Shown here: positions 54,372 through 62,624 of the stretch, in pieces
Layout of the letters: each line of letters opens with the position of its first letter
How positions within the stretch are numbered: position 1 is the stretch's first letter
From: Omnitrophica bacterium GWA2_41_15
Lineage (GTDB): Bacteria; Omnitrophota; Gorgyraeia; Gygaellales; UBA12090
Direction: 5' to 3'
Assembly: GCA_919902675.1 (NCBI GenBank)
Contig: CAKKRH010000009.1
Coordinates: 21,035 to 85,034 of the forward strand
Length of the DNA stretch: 64,000 bases
Position numbers and translations under genes: made by a program
Notes under the pieces: generated by a model
What the model saw: only the letters and a program-made list of their open reading frames with translations
Told to the model about the DNA's origin: nothing
Database searches by the model: none

Positions 54372-55532
54372 TTAGTTATATTCCGCGTTTATCCTGATAT
54401 ATTCCGGGGTCAGGTCTGAGGTGTAAACTACGGCTTTACCCCTGCCAAGCCTTAAATCTATCTTGACTATTATATCCTTTTTCCTGAAAGAATCACCCTC
54501 TATTTTTATTTTTTCTCTTACCTCTACCCCGGATGCCCCCACCGCCGCCACTATCCTTCCCCAGTTAGTGCCTCCGCCGTAAACAGCTGTCTTGAAAAGA
54601 TTGGAATTGGCCACGGCCAAAGCCGCTTTTTTAGCCTGCGCGTCATCCTTAGCCCCAGATACCTGAATAGTTATAAACTTGCCGGCTCCCTCAGCATCCA
54701 AAATAATCATCTTGGCTAAACCCAGGCAAATTTCACCTAAGGCAGTTTTAAATTTAGAGAAATTAGGCGTGCCTAAACAGATTTTCTTGTTTTCCGCTAA
54801 GCCATTAGCTAAAATAATCACGCTGTCATTAGTGCTCATACATCCGTCAATAGTAATCATATTAAAAGAATCCTCAACTGCCTGCCTTAATGCCTCTTTT
54901 AATGCCGAATACTCGATCAAGGCATCAGTAGTGATAAAGCAAAGCATTGTAGCACTTCGACTATGCTCAGCGTAACCCATATCCGGGGCAATCATTCCCG
55001 CGCCCTTGGCAATTGCCCCGATAGTTACTTTTTTTCCGCTTATCTTAAACTCCAGCGCTAAGGCTTTGGGCTTAGTATCGGTAGTCATTATGGCCTGGGC
55101 TGTCTTATTACCGCTATCTCTGTCTAAAAAACTCACTAAAGACGGCAAGGCCTTCTTTATCTTGGAGAAATCAAGCCGACGGCCGATAATTCCGGTCGAG
55201 GCAATCAGCACCATTTTTTTATCTATTCCTAATAGCCCCGCGCCAAGCGAAGCGGTAGACTTAGCCGTTTTCATTCCCGGCTTTCCGGTATAGCAATTAG
55301 CATTCCCGCTGTTGACTACTATAGCCTGGGCCTTTTTTGATTTTAGATGTTCCCGGCAAAGCTCAACCGGAGCCGCGGCAAACTTATTTTTGGTAAACAT
55401 ACCGCAGGCAAATGCCGGGACATCGGAATATATCAAAGCCAAATCCAGTCCGCCGGATTTCTTTATCCCCGCCCCTATTGCCTGAGACCTAAACCCCTTA
55501 GCCAGGGTTATGGCGTTCTTACGCTCTCTCAT
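54372..55532 (-). CDS. argJ: Bifunctional ornithine acetyltransferase / N-acetylglutamate synthase ArgJ
   Basis: 386 aa with the ATMLCFITTDA self-cleavage motif. It carries an 8-aa insert (GYAEHSRS) directly N-terminal to that motif. Confidence 0.9.
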   Translation of the reverse strand: MRERKNAITLAKGFRSQAIGAGIKKSGGLDLALIYSDVPAFACGMFTKNKFAAAPVELCREHLKSKKAQAIVVNSGNANCYTGKPGMKTAKSTASLGAGLLGIDKKMVLIASTGIIGRRLDFSKIKKALPSLVSFLDRDSGNKTAQAIMTTDTKPKALALEFKISGKKVTIGAIAKGAGMIAPDMGYAEHSRSATMLCFITTDALIEYSALKEALRQAVEDSFNMITIDGCMSTNDSVIILANGLAENKKICLGTPNFSKFKTALGEICLGLAKMIILDAEGAGKFITIQVSGAKDDAQAKKAALAVANSNLFKTAVYGGGTNWGRIVAAVGASGVEVREKIKIEGDSFRKKDIIVKIDLRLGRGKAVVYTSDLTPEYIRINAEYN

Positions 55533-56554
55533 AGCAAACCCTCAGTTTCTTTGAAGCCGCAGAGCAAATTCATATTCTGCACTGCTTGAGCCGAAGCGCC
55601 CTTAAGCAAATTATCTATCGCGGAAATTATAATAATTGTTTTCTGATCCGCGCTAATCTTAAGTCCGATATCGCAGAAATTGGTAAACCGCGCATCCTTT
55701 AATTGCGGAAATTCCCCTTCATCCTTTATCCTTACAAACGGGGAATTCTTATAAAACTTCTTGTATAAGCCTATCAACCGGTGACCGGTGACCGGTGACC
55801 GGCGACTGCTTCTTATATATATCGTTTCCAAAATTCCCCTTTCTATTGGCAAAAGATGGGGAACAAAGGTAACCTTTATCCTTTTTTTGGCCAGTTTAGA
55901 CAGCTCCTGCTCTATTTCAGGCGTATGCTGATGGACATCAACCTTATAGGCCTTGAAATTGTCCTTTAGCTCGAGCCAGAAAGGATCATCCACCGGCTTT
56001 CTCCCGGCTCCGCTGTAACCGCTTTTGGCATCAATAATAATCTCTCGCGGGCTGAATTTTTCTTTTAATAAAGGAGCCAGGGCCAAAATCGCCGCGGTGG
56101 GATAGCATCCGGGATTAGCTATGAAGGCCGCCTTTTTTATTTTTTGGCGGTTAATCTCAGGCAAGCCGTAAATTGCCTTTTTAATATTCGCCTTATCCTT
56201 ATGCTTAACCTTATACCAGGTTTCATAAAGCTCCTCGTCATTCAGCCGGTAATCCGCGCTTAAATCAATAATCTTTTTCTTGGCCTTAAGCAGGGCGGGG
56301 ACCACGTCCATAGAGCTGGTATGTGGCAAGGCCAGGAAAAACAAATCCGCGGATTGGACGACCTTAGTTAGATTAAGATTCTCGCAATACAAATCCAACC
56401 GGCCCTTAAATTGAGGAAAAATCTCAGCTATCGGAACCGGCCTATCCAGCCTGGCCGTAAGATAACTTATCCTTACCCTGGGATGCTTTAACAAAATCCT
56501 GATCAGCTCTTCCCCTGTATATCCCCTTACCCCCAATATTCCTACTTTTAGCAT
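55529..56554 (-). CDS. argC: N-acetyl-gamma-glutamyl-phosphate reductase
   Basis: 341 aa. GVRGYTGEELIR and the PGCYPTA catalytic Cys. Confidence 0.9.
   Translation of the reverse strand: MLKVGILGVRGYTGEELIRILLKHPRVRISYLTARLDRPVPIAEIFPQFKGRLDLYCENLNLTKVVQSADLFFLALPHTSSMDVVPALLKAKKKIIDLSADYRLNDEELYETWYKVKHKDKANIKKAIYGLPEINRQKIKKAAFIANPGCYPTAAILALAPLLKEKFSPREIIIDAKSGYSGAGRKPVDDPFWLELKDNFKAYKVDVHQHTPEIEQELSKLAKKRIKVTFVPHLLPIERGILETIYIRSSRRSPVTGHRLIGLYKKFYKNSPFVRIKDEGEFPQLKDARFTNFCDIGLKISADQKTIIIISAIDNLLKGASAQAVQNMNLLCGFKETEGLL
55777..55804. repeat. Tandem heptamer ACCGGTG x3 plus one variant unit, inside argC
   Basis: Translated as RSPVTGHRLI. Confidence 0.9.
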
Positions 56555-56631
56555 TTTGTCTTTTTAATTTTTATATTTTCCGCGCTCGGGCGGACCAGCC
56601 TACGGCGGAGATATTTGGTTTTATTGAATAC

Positions 56632-56660
56632 ATTATGCCAAAGATAAAGCCTGGCGTCAA
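56632..56660 (-). promoter_or_regulatory. Promoter TTGACG-17-CATAAT for the arg operon
   Basis: Hexamers on the minus strand with a 17-nt spacer, about 75 nt upstream of the argC ATG. A near-identical copy lies at 60806..60834. Confidence 0.6.
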
Positions 56661-56677
56661 TGTTTTTTCGTCGGAAA

Positions 56678-56710
56678 ACAAAAAAAGTCCCGTTTCAAGC
56701 GGGACTTTTC
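56678..56710 (-). terminator. Intrinsic terminator (AGTCCCG..CGGGACT plus U-tract)
   Basis: A 7-bp GC-rich stem followed on the minus strand by TTTTTTTG. Lies downstream of ORF 56798..57115. Confidence 0.65.
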
Positions 56711-56797
56711 CATATCTTGGTTCTGAATTCTTAGCTCTGCTTTTAACCCGTTCTGCGTCTTTTTAGCTTATCAATAAAAATTTCCACATTTTTTAAC

Positions 56798-57115
56798 TTA
56801 ATTCCTGACAAAGTTCAAAGCCTCCTGGAATCTTCGCGTTTGCGCGGAATCAATTTTTCCTTTTATGAACTCTAACGGCCGCCTTTTTATACAACTGTCA
56901 ATTAAGCTCTTAAAGTTATGATACCAAACGCAGGCTTTTACGTATGCCTTGCGAACCCGTGGATATTTTATTCCCTTCCAATAAATATCGTCATTGAAAA
57001 GTATCTCTAACCATAAAAGCGAACTGCTTTTATTATCCTTAAGCGCTTCTTCCAGGGTTTCTTTTCCGGTATAATAGGGAATTATCTTTAACTTTTGTTT
57101 ACCCATTCGGCTCAT
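56798..57115 (-). CDS. Hypothetical protein
   Basis: 105-aa ORF followed by a terminator. No motif recognised. Confidence 0.45.
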   Translation of the reverse strand: MSRMGKQKLKIIPYYTGKETLEEALKDNKSSSLLWLEILFNDDIYWKGIKYPRVRKAYVKACVWYHNFKSLIDSCIKRRPLEFIKGKIDSAQTRRFQEALNFVRN

Positions 57116-57309
57116 TCCTAATGCTGGACATGGTTACAGTAGGCAGAAACGGCTTTTTTCCTATTTTTTCGCTATTTTTCTTTATTTTTTATGTATCTAT
57201 AGGTAATTAAATGAGTTATGTAAAGCGTCTTCTTTTTTCCTTTAATTCTATCGGAAAAGCTAAGAGATGTCAAATCATTTCACATTTCAAGGGCTGACCC
57301 CAATTTTCC

Positions 57310-58092
57310 TTAATATTTCCGGCAAGTAAAGTACTCCTCGGCTCCATAGTTGCCGCCAATTTTAACCGAAGAATATCCAGAATCACAACTACAGATTCCG
57401 CCACTGCATGCTGTGGGAGGAGTCCAACTGTCACATAGACTACCGGATGTCTTACAAACTCCATATAGCCCGTTCTCTAACGATGTTGTGCCCCCCCCCA
57501 TTTGCATCCACCCGCTGCCATTACAATATTCCATTTGACCAGCAGAATAACGCATTGTCCCTGCCTTATCGTCGTTGCATACCTCGAGATCGTCTCCTAC
57601 CTTTATCCCTCCCACTACGTCTAAGGTCGCTTTCGGAATAGCACCACCCGCGCCCCCACCCACCATCACCTTGCCATCATTGGTACCGGTTATTAACCAC
57701 TGCGTCGCAGTACCTAAAGTCGTATCATAATTAATATGAAACGTATCGTCATTCGCATCATGGTATACGGCATACCCTGGCCCTGTGGACGAAGTAGCGC
57801 TTAAATGATATCCAGCTCTGTCACCGCTGTTGCTTGTGATCCTAACAACAGCATTCTTATCAGGATCATGTACATGCAGCTTTTCTGAAGGATCCGTCGT
57901 CCCAATCCCCACTTTTCCTCCTTCGGTCGCAAGATAGGTACTGTTGGTGGTGGTAAGCTCTGCGTACGCCCCATACGGCGCCGGATAATACGTGGCAAGC
58001 TCTATGGTTTCGGTGGTGTTTTGAGCGAAAGAAGGAATGAGCAAAATTTCAAAAAATATTATCGTTAACAAACTAATTCTTGGATGAAACAT
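57310..58092 (-). CDS. Secreted protein with a GIGTTxPxxKLHV motif and a Cys-rich C-terminus, unknown function
   Basis: MFHPRISLLTIIFFEILLIPSFAQN signal from the ATG at 58092, one nt after the ftsB-like stop. Also has GKVGIGTTDPSEKLHVH and GTMRYSAGQMEYCNGSGW motifs. Confidence 0.65.
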   Translation of the reverse strand: MFHPRISLLTIIFFEILLIPSFAQNTTETIELATYYPAPYGAYAELTTTNSTYLATEGGKVGIGTTDPSEKLHVHDPDKNAVVRITSNSGDRAGYHLSATSSTGPGYAVYHDANDDTFHINYDTTLGTATQWLITGTNDGKVMVGGGAGGAIPKATLDVVGGIKVGDDLEVCNDDKAGTMRYSAGQMEYCNGSGWMQMGGGTTSLENGLYGVCKTSGSLCDSWTPPTACSGGICSCDSGYSSVKIGGNYGAEEYFTCRKY

Positions 58093-58093
58093 T

Positions 58094-58357
58094 TTAGCGC
58101 CTCTCTTTCTCTGCAGTGACCACCTTATACACAATCTCTTCCTTTCTCACGATCCCCAATTTTTCTCTTGCAACCCCCTCCAAATACACGGGTTCTTTTT
58201 CTAATTTTTCTTTATCCAGGGTCAAGGCAAGATTTTCCGCCTTCAATTTCTTTAGGTCTCGCTCCGGTTCCTTATAAAATTATTCAGGTACTGGTAAAGC
58301 GGCATCGTTAACCCCTTAACCAGGAGCAACGGATATGCCTATTATAAACCCGCGCAT
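58094..58357 (-). pseudogene. ftsB: FtsB/DivIC-like septum formation initiator with an interrupted reading frame
   Basis: ATG at 58357 gives MRGFIIGISVAPG*. A shifted frame gives LLLVKGLTMPLYQYLNNF. The original frame then resumes as KEPERDLKKLKAENLAL..YLEGVAREKLGIVRKEEIVY. The total of 264 nt fits an FtsB of about 87 aa. Confidence 0.5.
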
Positions 58358-58597
58358 TAGATTTATCGAGAAGTTTCTCGCGCGTTTTAATTCCGTGTTC
58401 TCGACACAACATCAAAGATCGATATTCCGGGAATTTATCTACGCGATTATTTTGGCGATTATAAGCGCATATCCCTATACAATATCAAGTCGCAACGGTT
58501 TAAAAAAAAGCTGAAAAACTAACAAAATCCTGACACTCTTTAATCATATCTGCAGAATAGAATACTCTACTCTGGATGCAATGTCTCAATAATATAC

Positions 58598-59260
58598 TTA
58601 ACGAATAGGCTGGGAGCGTGCGGCTATTGTTGTTCGCAGGACTACTTCAGGGTTAGTAGCGCTGGGAGGACTGCTATCCGCCGCATTCCGCCGCGCGGTT
58701 ATGACAACAGCAACCCAAAGGTTTTTATTGAGCCCAGCGTCGTCAGCAATGGTAAAACTACAGCCGGAGATATTATTAGCTAAGGTCTCTGAAGTTCCCC
58801 AAGAGCCGCATACGGTCTGGCTTCCCGCGGTACAATATTGCCTTGTAACGCGATAATTAGGCGCCGCCTCATAACTATACCTAACCCAGGAATCATCGCT
58901 AAAATCATCATACGTCGGCGCCGCGGCAGCATCAAGCTGTCGGATATCCACCGTATTCGGTGTTGACACGATCACGCCAGGATTATTAAGGTTACCGTAG
59001 CCGCGGGCAATATCTTTGGCTATCATCTCAAGTATAGGCCCGACTTCATTCTGTACCCTGCTTTCATAATAAGTGGTATTTAAAAATTTACGGGAGACGA
59101 TGTCCACCGCGGTAATAGACAAAAAAACCATACCCACCAGCGTAATCGCGATAAACAATTCAACTAAGGTAAAGCCTCCTTTAGCGGACAGGTAAGAGGA
59201 GAAAATCTTTTTTTTGCTATACGCTAAACGCTCTGCGCTGAACCCTCTACGATTTAACAT
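58598..59260 (-). CDS. Minor pilin-like protein (PilW-like)
   Basis: KGG|FTLVELFIAITLVGMVFL. The N-terminal extension of the ORF contains AAACGCT-type repeats, so the start is uncertain. Confidence 0.7.
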   Translation of the reverse strand: MLNRRGFSAERLAYSKKKIFSSYLSAKGGFTLVELFIAITLVGMVFLSITAVDIVSRKFLNTTYYESRVQNEVGPILEMIAKDIARGYGNLNNPGVIVSTPNTVDIRQLDAAAAPTYDDFSDDSWVRYSYEAAPNYRVTRQYCTAGSQTVCGSWGTSETLANNISGCSFTIADDAGLNKNLWVAVVITARRNAADSSPPSATNPEVVLRTTIAARSQPIR

Positions 59261-59266
59261 CTGGTA

Positions 59267-59674
59267 TTAATCCGGTTCGGTCCAATTGGCGGTTACCGAT
59301 ACATTACGCGAAGCTGTATTATTAGTATTGGTAACCGTATAATTAAGGAGTCCGCTCCAAGTATCGCTAAAAGAAAAGGATTCCGAGTATGACTGAGATG
59401 AAGCCTCTGGAGCATAAAGTAAATTAACGTCAGAGGTTGAATTTGTCCAGGTATCCTGCCGGACATACGGCCTTAGCTCTTCAAACTTCTGACGGGCAAA
59501 ATTAACCGCGGCAAGGCGCCGTTTTGACCTCAGCACATAGTTTTGGGCGGCAGTAAAACTAGCAAAAATTCCCGCGGCTGTGGTTAAGAGTATCAGCAGC
59601 GATACTATGACTTCAACCAATGTAAAACCACACTGCTTCTTCTTTTTCATAATTTTAAGGTTTAGGAAGGGCAT
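59267..59674 (-). CDS. Minor pilin-like protein (PilV-like)
   Basis: 135 aa. KKQCG|FTLVEVIVSLLILL. Confidence 0.75.
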   Translation of the reverse strand: MPFLNLKIMKKKKQCGFTLVEVIVSLLILLTTAAGIFASFTAAQNYVLRSKRRLAAVNFARQKFEELRPYVRQDTWTNSTSDVNLLYAPEASSQSYSESFSFSDTWSGLLNYTVTNTNNTASRNVSVTANWTEPD

Positions 59675-60099
59675 ACATTAGGCTCACAAGAAGTGCAGGT
59701 TGGTACGCAAGATAAATCTCCCGTGGCGTTAATTAACCACTGCCTGCTCCAACTTGCCGGTCCATTCCTGGCAGCTACGGCATTAAAGCTTGCTCCTGCG
59801 CCGGCATTAGTAATTGAATATTCCCAAGCGTCGGAAGATAAATCTAACTGCAAGTTATCCTCGATATCGCTCTCGCCAACAGTGCCTGAAGAAGGATAAT
59901 AAACGCCTATTCTTGCCCGATACATTTTTTCTCCCGCTACGATAAGGTCTAGTCCTATCCGCGCTTCTTTGTCAAAGGCCCTTTCCTTGGTGCGCGAAAA
60001 TCCCGGTATGGCCAAAGAAACCAAGACACCGATTATTATCAGGGCTACCATTAATTCAATAATCGTAAAACCGTTTTTAGCTGTTCTTTTGCGCGTCAT
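59662..60099 (-). CDS. Type IV pilin-like protein
   Basis: 145 aa. KNG|FTIIELMVALIIIGVL, with C-terminal Cys residues. Confidence 0.8.
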   Translation of the reverse strand: MTRKRTAKNGFTIIELMVALIIIGVLVSLAIPGFSRTKERAFDKEARIGLDLIVAGEKMYRARIGVYYPSSGTVGESDIEDNLQLDLSSDAWEYSITNAGAGASFNAVAARNGPASWSRQWLINATGDLSCVPTCTSCEPNVCPS

Positions 60100-60139
60100 T
60101 TAGGCAGAATTTGGAATAAATAAAGCTGTTTTAGTGGAC

Positions 60140-60478
60140 TTAATAGTCAACGGTTACATTAAAGGCGCGGGTATTCTTAGGCCCACTATTGGGAGCCCCC
60201 CAAGCCACATCTGCCTGATAGCCGTTAAGGCCTTCCGGAGGCAACACATCTAGCCAAGTTTCTGCTCCGGAAGGAGGGCTTTTTGTCCCGGTCCTCAGCT
60301 GTTCAAGAACATAAGTATGCGCGGCTTCCGCGGTATAAAATGCCCGGATCCGCTTGATTTGATATTCAGCAATACGGGCCTGATTGGTCATCAGCCCTAT
60401 CACCACTGCCGCGGTAATTGATAACACTATGATAAAAATAAGAACTATCATCAAGATTATTCCTTTTTGGTTAGCCAT
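60140..60478 (-). CDS. PilX-like protein (N-terminal anchor)
   Basis: MANQKGIILMIVLIFIIVLSITAAVVIGLMTNQARIA from the ATG at 60478, preceded by AGGAG. The longer track ORF (to 60628) runs into a repeat element. Confidence 0.65.
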   Translation of the reverse strand: MANQKGIILMIVLIFIIVLSITAAVVIGLMTNQARIAEYQIKRIRAFYTAEAAHTYVLEQLRTGTKSPPSGAETWLDVLPPEGLNGYQADVAWGAPNSGPKNTRAFNVTVDY

Positions 60479-60548
60479 CCTTTTAGATTCTCCTGAGATA
60501 AATTTATTTGGTGATTGCCTGCCCCGGATTAGCGGGGTAATTTGGTGT

Positions 60549-60789
60549 TTGATACATTCGGCGGCGTTCAAACCCCGCCCTTTAGAGACTGTGCCAAATG
60601 AGCATTTTTTGAGGGATAGGCGGGACATTCTTGTCCCGCTCTCGACGAGGCGGGGTTAGAAAACCCCGCCTATCCGGCAAGAAAAAGCCATTATGACCCA
60701 GTCTCTTTAGGGCGGGGAAAGGTTACGCCGCTCTTTAGTATCAATCCTGAGCAAACCACGGTCTTTAGACCGTGGTGCCGAAGGATTGA
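60549..60789. repeat. Hairpin-rich repeat element, copy A (about 115 bp), carrying a nested 119-bp insertion
   Basis: Once 60586..60710 is removed, the sequence matches the reverse complement of 62319..62432 almost base for base. It contains hairpins CCCGCCC-TTTA-GGGCGGG and CCACGGTC-TTTA-GACCGTGG. Confidence 0.85.
60586..60704. mobile_element. Second MITE-like element nested in repeat copy A
   Basis: Terminal inverted repeats AGACTGTGCCAAATG / reverse complement AGACTGGGTCATAATG. Flanked by direct CTTTAG at 60580..60585 and 60705..60710. The empty site is seen in copy B. The interior folds into three GC hairpins. Confidence 0.75.
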
Positions 60790-60805
60790 TTATTTATTCA
60801 ATAGT

Positions 60806-60834
60806 ATTATGCCAAAGCTAAGGCCTGGCGTCAA
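60806..60834 (-). promoter_or_regulatory. Promoter TTGACG-17-CATAAT for the minor-pilin operon
   Basis: Same hexamers and spacer length as 56632..56660. Confidence 0.55.
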
Positions 60835-60847
60835 TGTCTTTTCGGTC

Positions 60848-60885
60848 AAAAATAAAAAGTCCCGCTTGTTGTAAGCGGGACTTTT
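60848..60885 (-). terminator. Intrinsic terminator downstream of rpsI
   Basis: AGTCCCGCTT/AAGCGGGACT 10-bp stem followed on the minus strand by TTTTTATTTTT. Confidence 0.75.
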
Positions 60886-60924
60886 CCATATCTTAGCTCT
60901 GAGTTCTTAATCTTAATTCTGCTT

Positions 60925-61320
60925 TTACCTCTTAGTCCACTGGAAGCGTTTACGCGCGCCTTTCTGGCCGTATTTCTTACGCTCCTTCATCCGCGAATCC
61001 CGGGTTAAGAAATTTCCTTTTCTAAGAATTGTCCTGTAGGCAGGATCAACATCAAGAAGGGCCCTGGCAATTCCTAAGCGCAAGGCTCCGGCCTGGCCGG
61101 ATAATCCGCCGCCGCAAAGGTTAGCAAAACAATCAAATTTATTTAAGGTATTGGTTATCTGAAAAGGCTGTTTGATTAAAATCCTGTCGGTTTCCCGGCC
61201 AAAGTATTTGTCTATGGAAGATTTATTAACTACTATCTTTCCTTTTCCGGGCATCAGCCTGACCCTGGCTATGGCCTCTTTACGCCTTCCGCAGGCAGAA
61301 TAAGTAACTGCTGAATCCAT
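60925..61320 (-). CDS. rpsI: 30S ribosomal protein S9
   Basis: 131 aa ending in the ..GARKRFQWTKR-type basic tail, with GGGLSGQAGALRLGIARAL. Confidence 0.95.
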   Translation of the reverse strand: MDSAVTYSACGRRKEAIARVRLMPGKGKIVVNKSSIDKYFGRETDRILIKQPFQITNTLNKFDCFANLCGGGLSGQAGALRLGIARALLDVDPAYRTILRKGNFLTRDSRMKERKKYGQKGARKRFQWTKR

Positions 61321-61754
61321 TATTTAACCTCCAATACAATGGGCTTGATTGATACGTAAGGATGCTTATCCTGGGCATAAATCTTAAGTTTCTTGAGCAA
61401 ATCCCTTCCTAAAGGCCCTCCGGGGAGCATCCTTTGCACTGCCAATTTTAACACCTGGGTAGGCGCCTTTTTAAGCATATCCTCTAAATGAACCTCCCTC
61501 AAGCCAGCGGGATAACCGGAATACCGGCGGTAGACCTTTTGAGCCAGCTTTCTGCCGGTAACCTTAATCTTGGCGGCATTGATGATAATAACATTATCCC
61601 CGCAGTCAATATTGGAAGTAAAGCGCGGCTTGTGTTTGCCGCGTAAAACCTTAGCTGCCTCAACTGCCAGCCGGCCTAAGATTTTATCCTTGGCATCAGC
61701 TATATACCAGCTTCTTTTAAAATCGCCTTTTTTGGCTAAATATGTCTTTTGCAT
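61320..61754 (-). CDS. rplM: 50S ribosomal protein L13
   Basis: 144 aa. WYIADAKDKILGRLA..LRGKHKP motif. Confidence 0.95.
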   Translation of the reverse strand: MQKTYLAKKGDFKRSWYIADAKDKILGRLAVEAAKVLRGKHKPRFTSNIDCGDNVIIINAAKIKVTGRKLAQKVYRRYSGYPAGLREVHLEDMLKKAPTQVLKLAVQRMLPGGPLGRDLLKKLKIYAQDKHPYVSIKPIVLEVK

Positions 61755-61763
61755 AAGATATTA

Positions 61764-61791
61764 ATTATATCTTATTTATAATCTTTGTCAA
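61764..61791 (-). promoter_or_regulatory. Promoter TTGACA-16-TATAAT for rplM-rpsI
   Basis: Consensus hexamers on the minus strand 10-40 nt upstream of the rplM ATG. Confidence 0.55.
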
Positions 61792-61845
61792 TATATTTAT
61801 GTAATTTTTTTTAAAGATTTTTCGGTACTATTCTTTCATTAATGT

Positions 61846-62262
61846 CTACTGTCCGGGTCTGACCCCTTGTTTACTCGCGGGGTTAAATGAGGTTTTCTTT
61901 AATTCCTTGACGGTGTTGAGAACTCTAAAATCGCGGCAGTTAAGCAGGCGCGAAAGCTCATCAATAAAAATGTTTAGCTCTTCATTAGCCTTGGCGTGAA
62001 CCATGGTGTAGAGACTGTAAGGCCAGAGCCGATGGGGCTTTCTCAAATAGATATGACTGAGATATTCTTTTTCTTTGAGGGCCGCGCAGAGCTTATTACC
62101 CGGCGGGCTTCTTCTCCAGGCAACCAGGGCATTATGGCTAAATCGCAGTTTCTGATGGCTGACAATAGCCCCGAAGCGGCGGATTTTACCTAAGCGCGAA
62201 TCCCGCTTTAATTTTTCCAACTCTTCTTTACTAAAAGGCTCAGGTTTTATTTCTATATCCAT
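61846..62262 (-). CDS. Siroheme decarboxylase (AhbA/AhbB, NirD/H/L) family protein, N-terminally short
   Basis: 138 aa. GKIRRFGAIVSHQKLRFSHNALVAW..YLSHIYLR..LYTMVHA pattern. Lacks about 40 aa of the usual winged-helix N-terminus. Confidence 0.55.
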   Translation of the reverse strand: MDIEIKPEPFSKEELEKLKRDSRLGKIRRFGAIVSHQKLRFSHNALVAWRRSPPGNKLCAALKEKEYLSHIYLRKPHRLWPYSLYTMVHAKANEELNIFIDELSRLLNCRDFRVLNTVKELKKTSFNPASKQGVRPGQ

Positions 62263-62318
62263 AGTAGGCTGTTACATAAGTTATTAAATAACCAATAACC
62301 AAGAAACAAGAACCAAAT

Positions 62319-62432
62319 CAATCCTTCGACACCACGGTCTAAAGACCGTGGTTTGCTCAGGATTGATACTGAGAGCGGCGTAACCTTTCCCCGCCCTAAA
62401 GGGCGGGATTTGAACGCCGCCGAATGTATCAA
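62319..62432. repeat. Hairpin-rich repeat element, copy B (uninterrupted, inverted relative to copy A)
   Basis: Reverse complement matches 60549..60585 plus 60711..60789. Embedded in AATAACC-type heptamer hairpin sequence. Confidence 0.85.
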
Positions 62433-62624
62433 TAACCAATCATCAAACTAAAAATCAATGTTTAAGAATTGCTTGATTATTAGAATTTGGTTTTTGGTTA
62501 TTATTTGGTTATTGTATCTTGGAGCTTGGTTATTTTAAAGGACTTTTGTAACAATGTAATAGTGTAATGACAAATGACAATAATCCTCGTTTTAGCATTG
62601 GTGCTTTGACCTTGTAATTTATTC

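Noticed and set aside
58335-58514. 59-aa plus-strand ORF considered as a transposase N-terminal remnant
   Set aside because: Its 5' end is antisense to the ftsB-like start codon region, and the similarity to transposase N-termini was only an impression. No DDE motifs or inverted repeats were found.
60479-60628. N-terminal 50-aa extension of the PilX-like ORF
   Set aside because: The extension is encoded by repeat-element DNA. An internal ATG preceded by AGGAG gives a typical PilX-like N-terminus.
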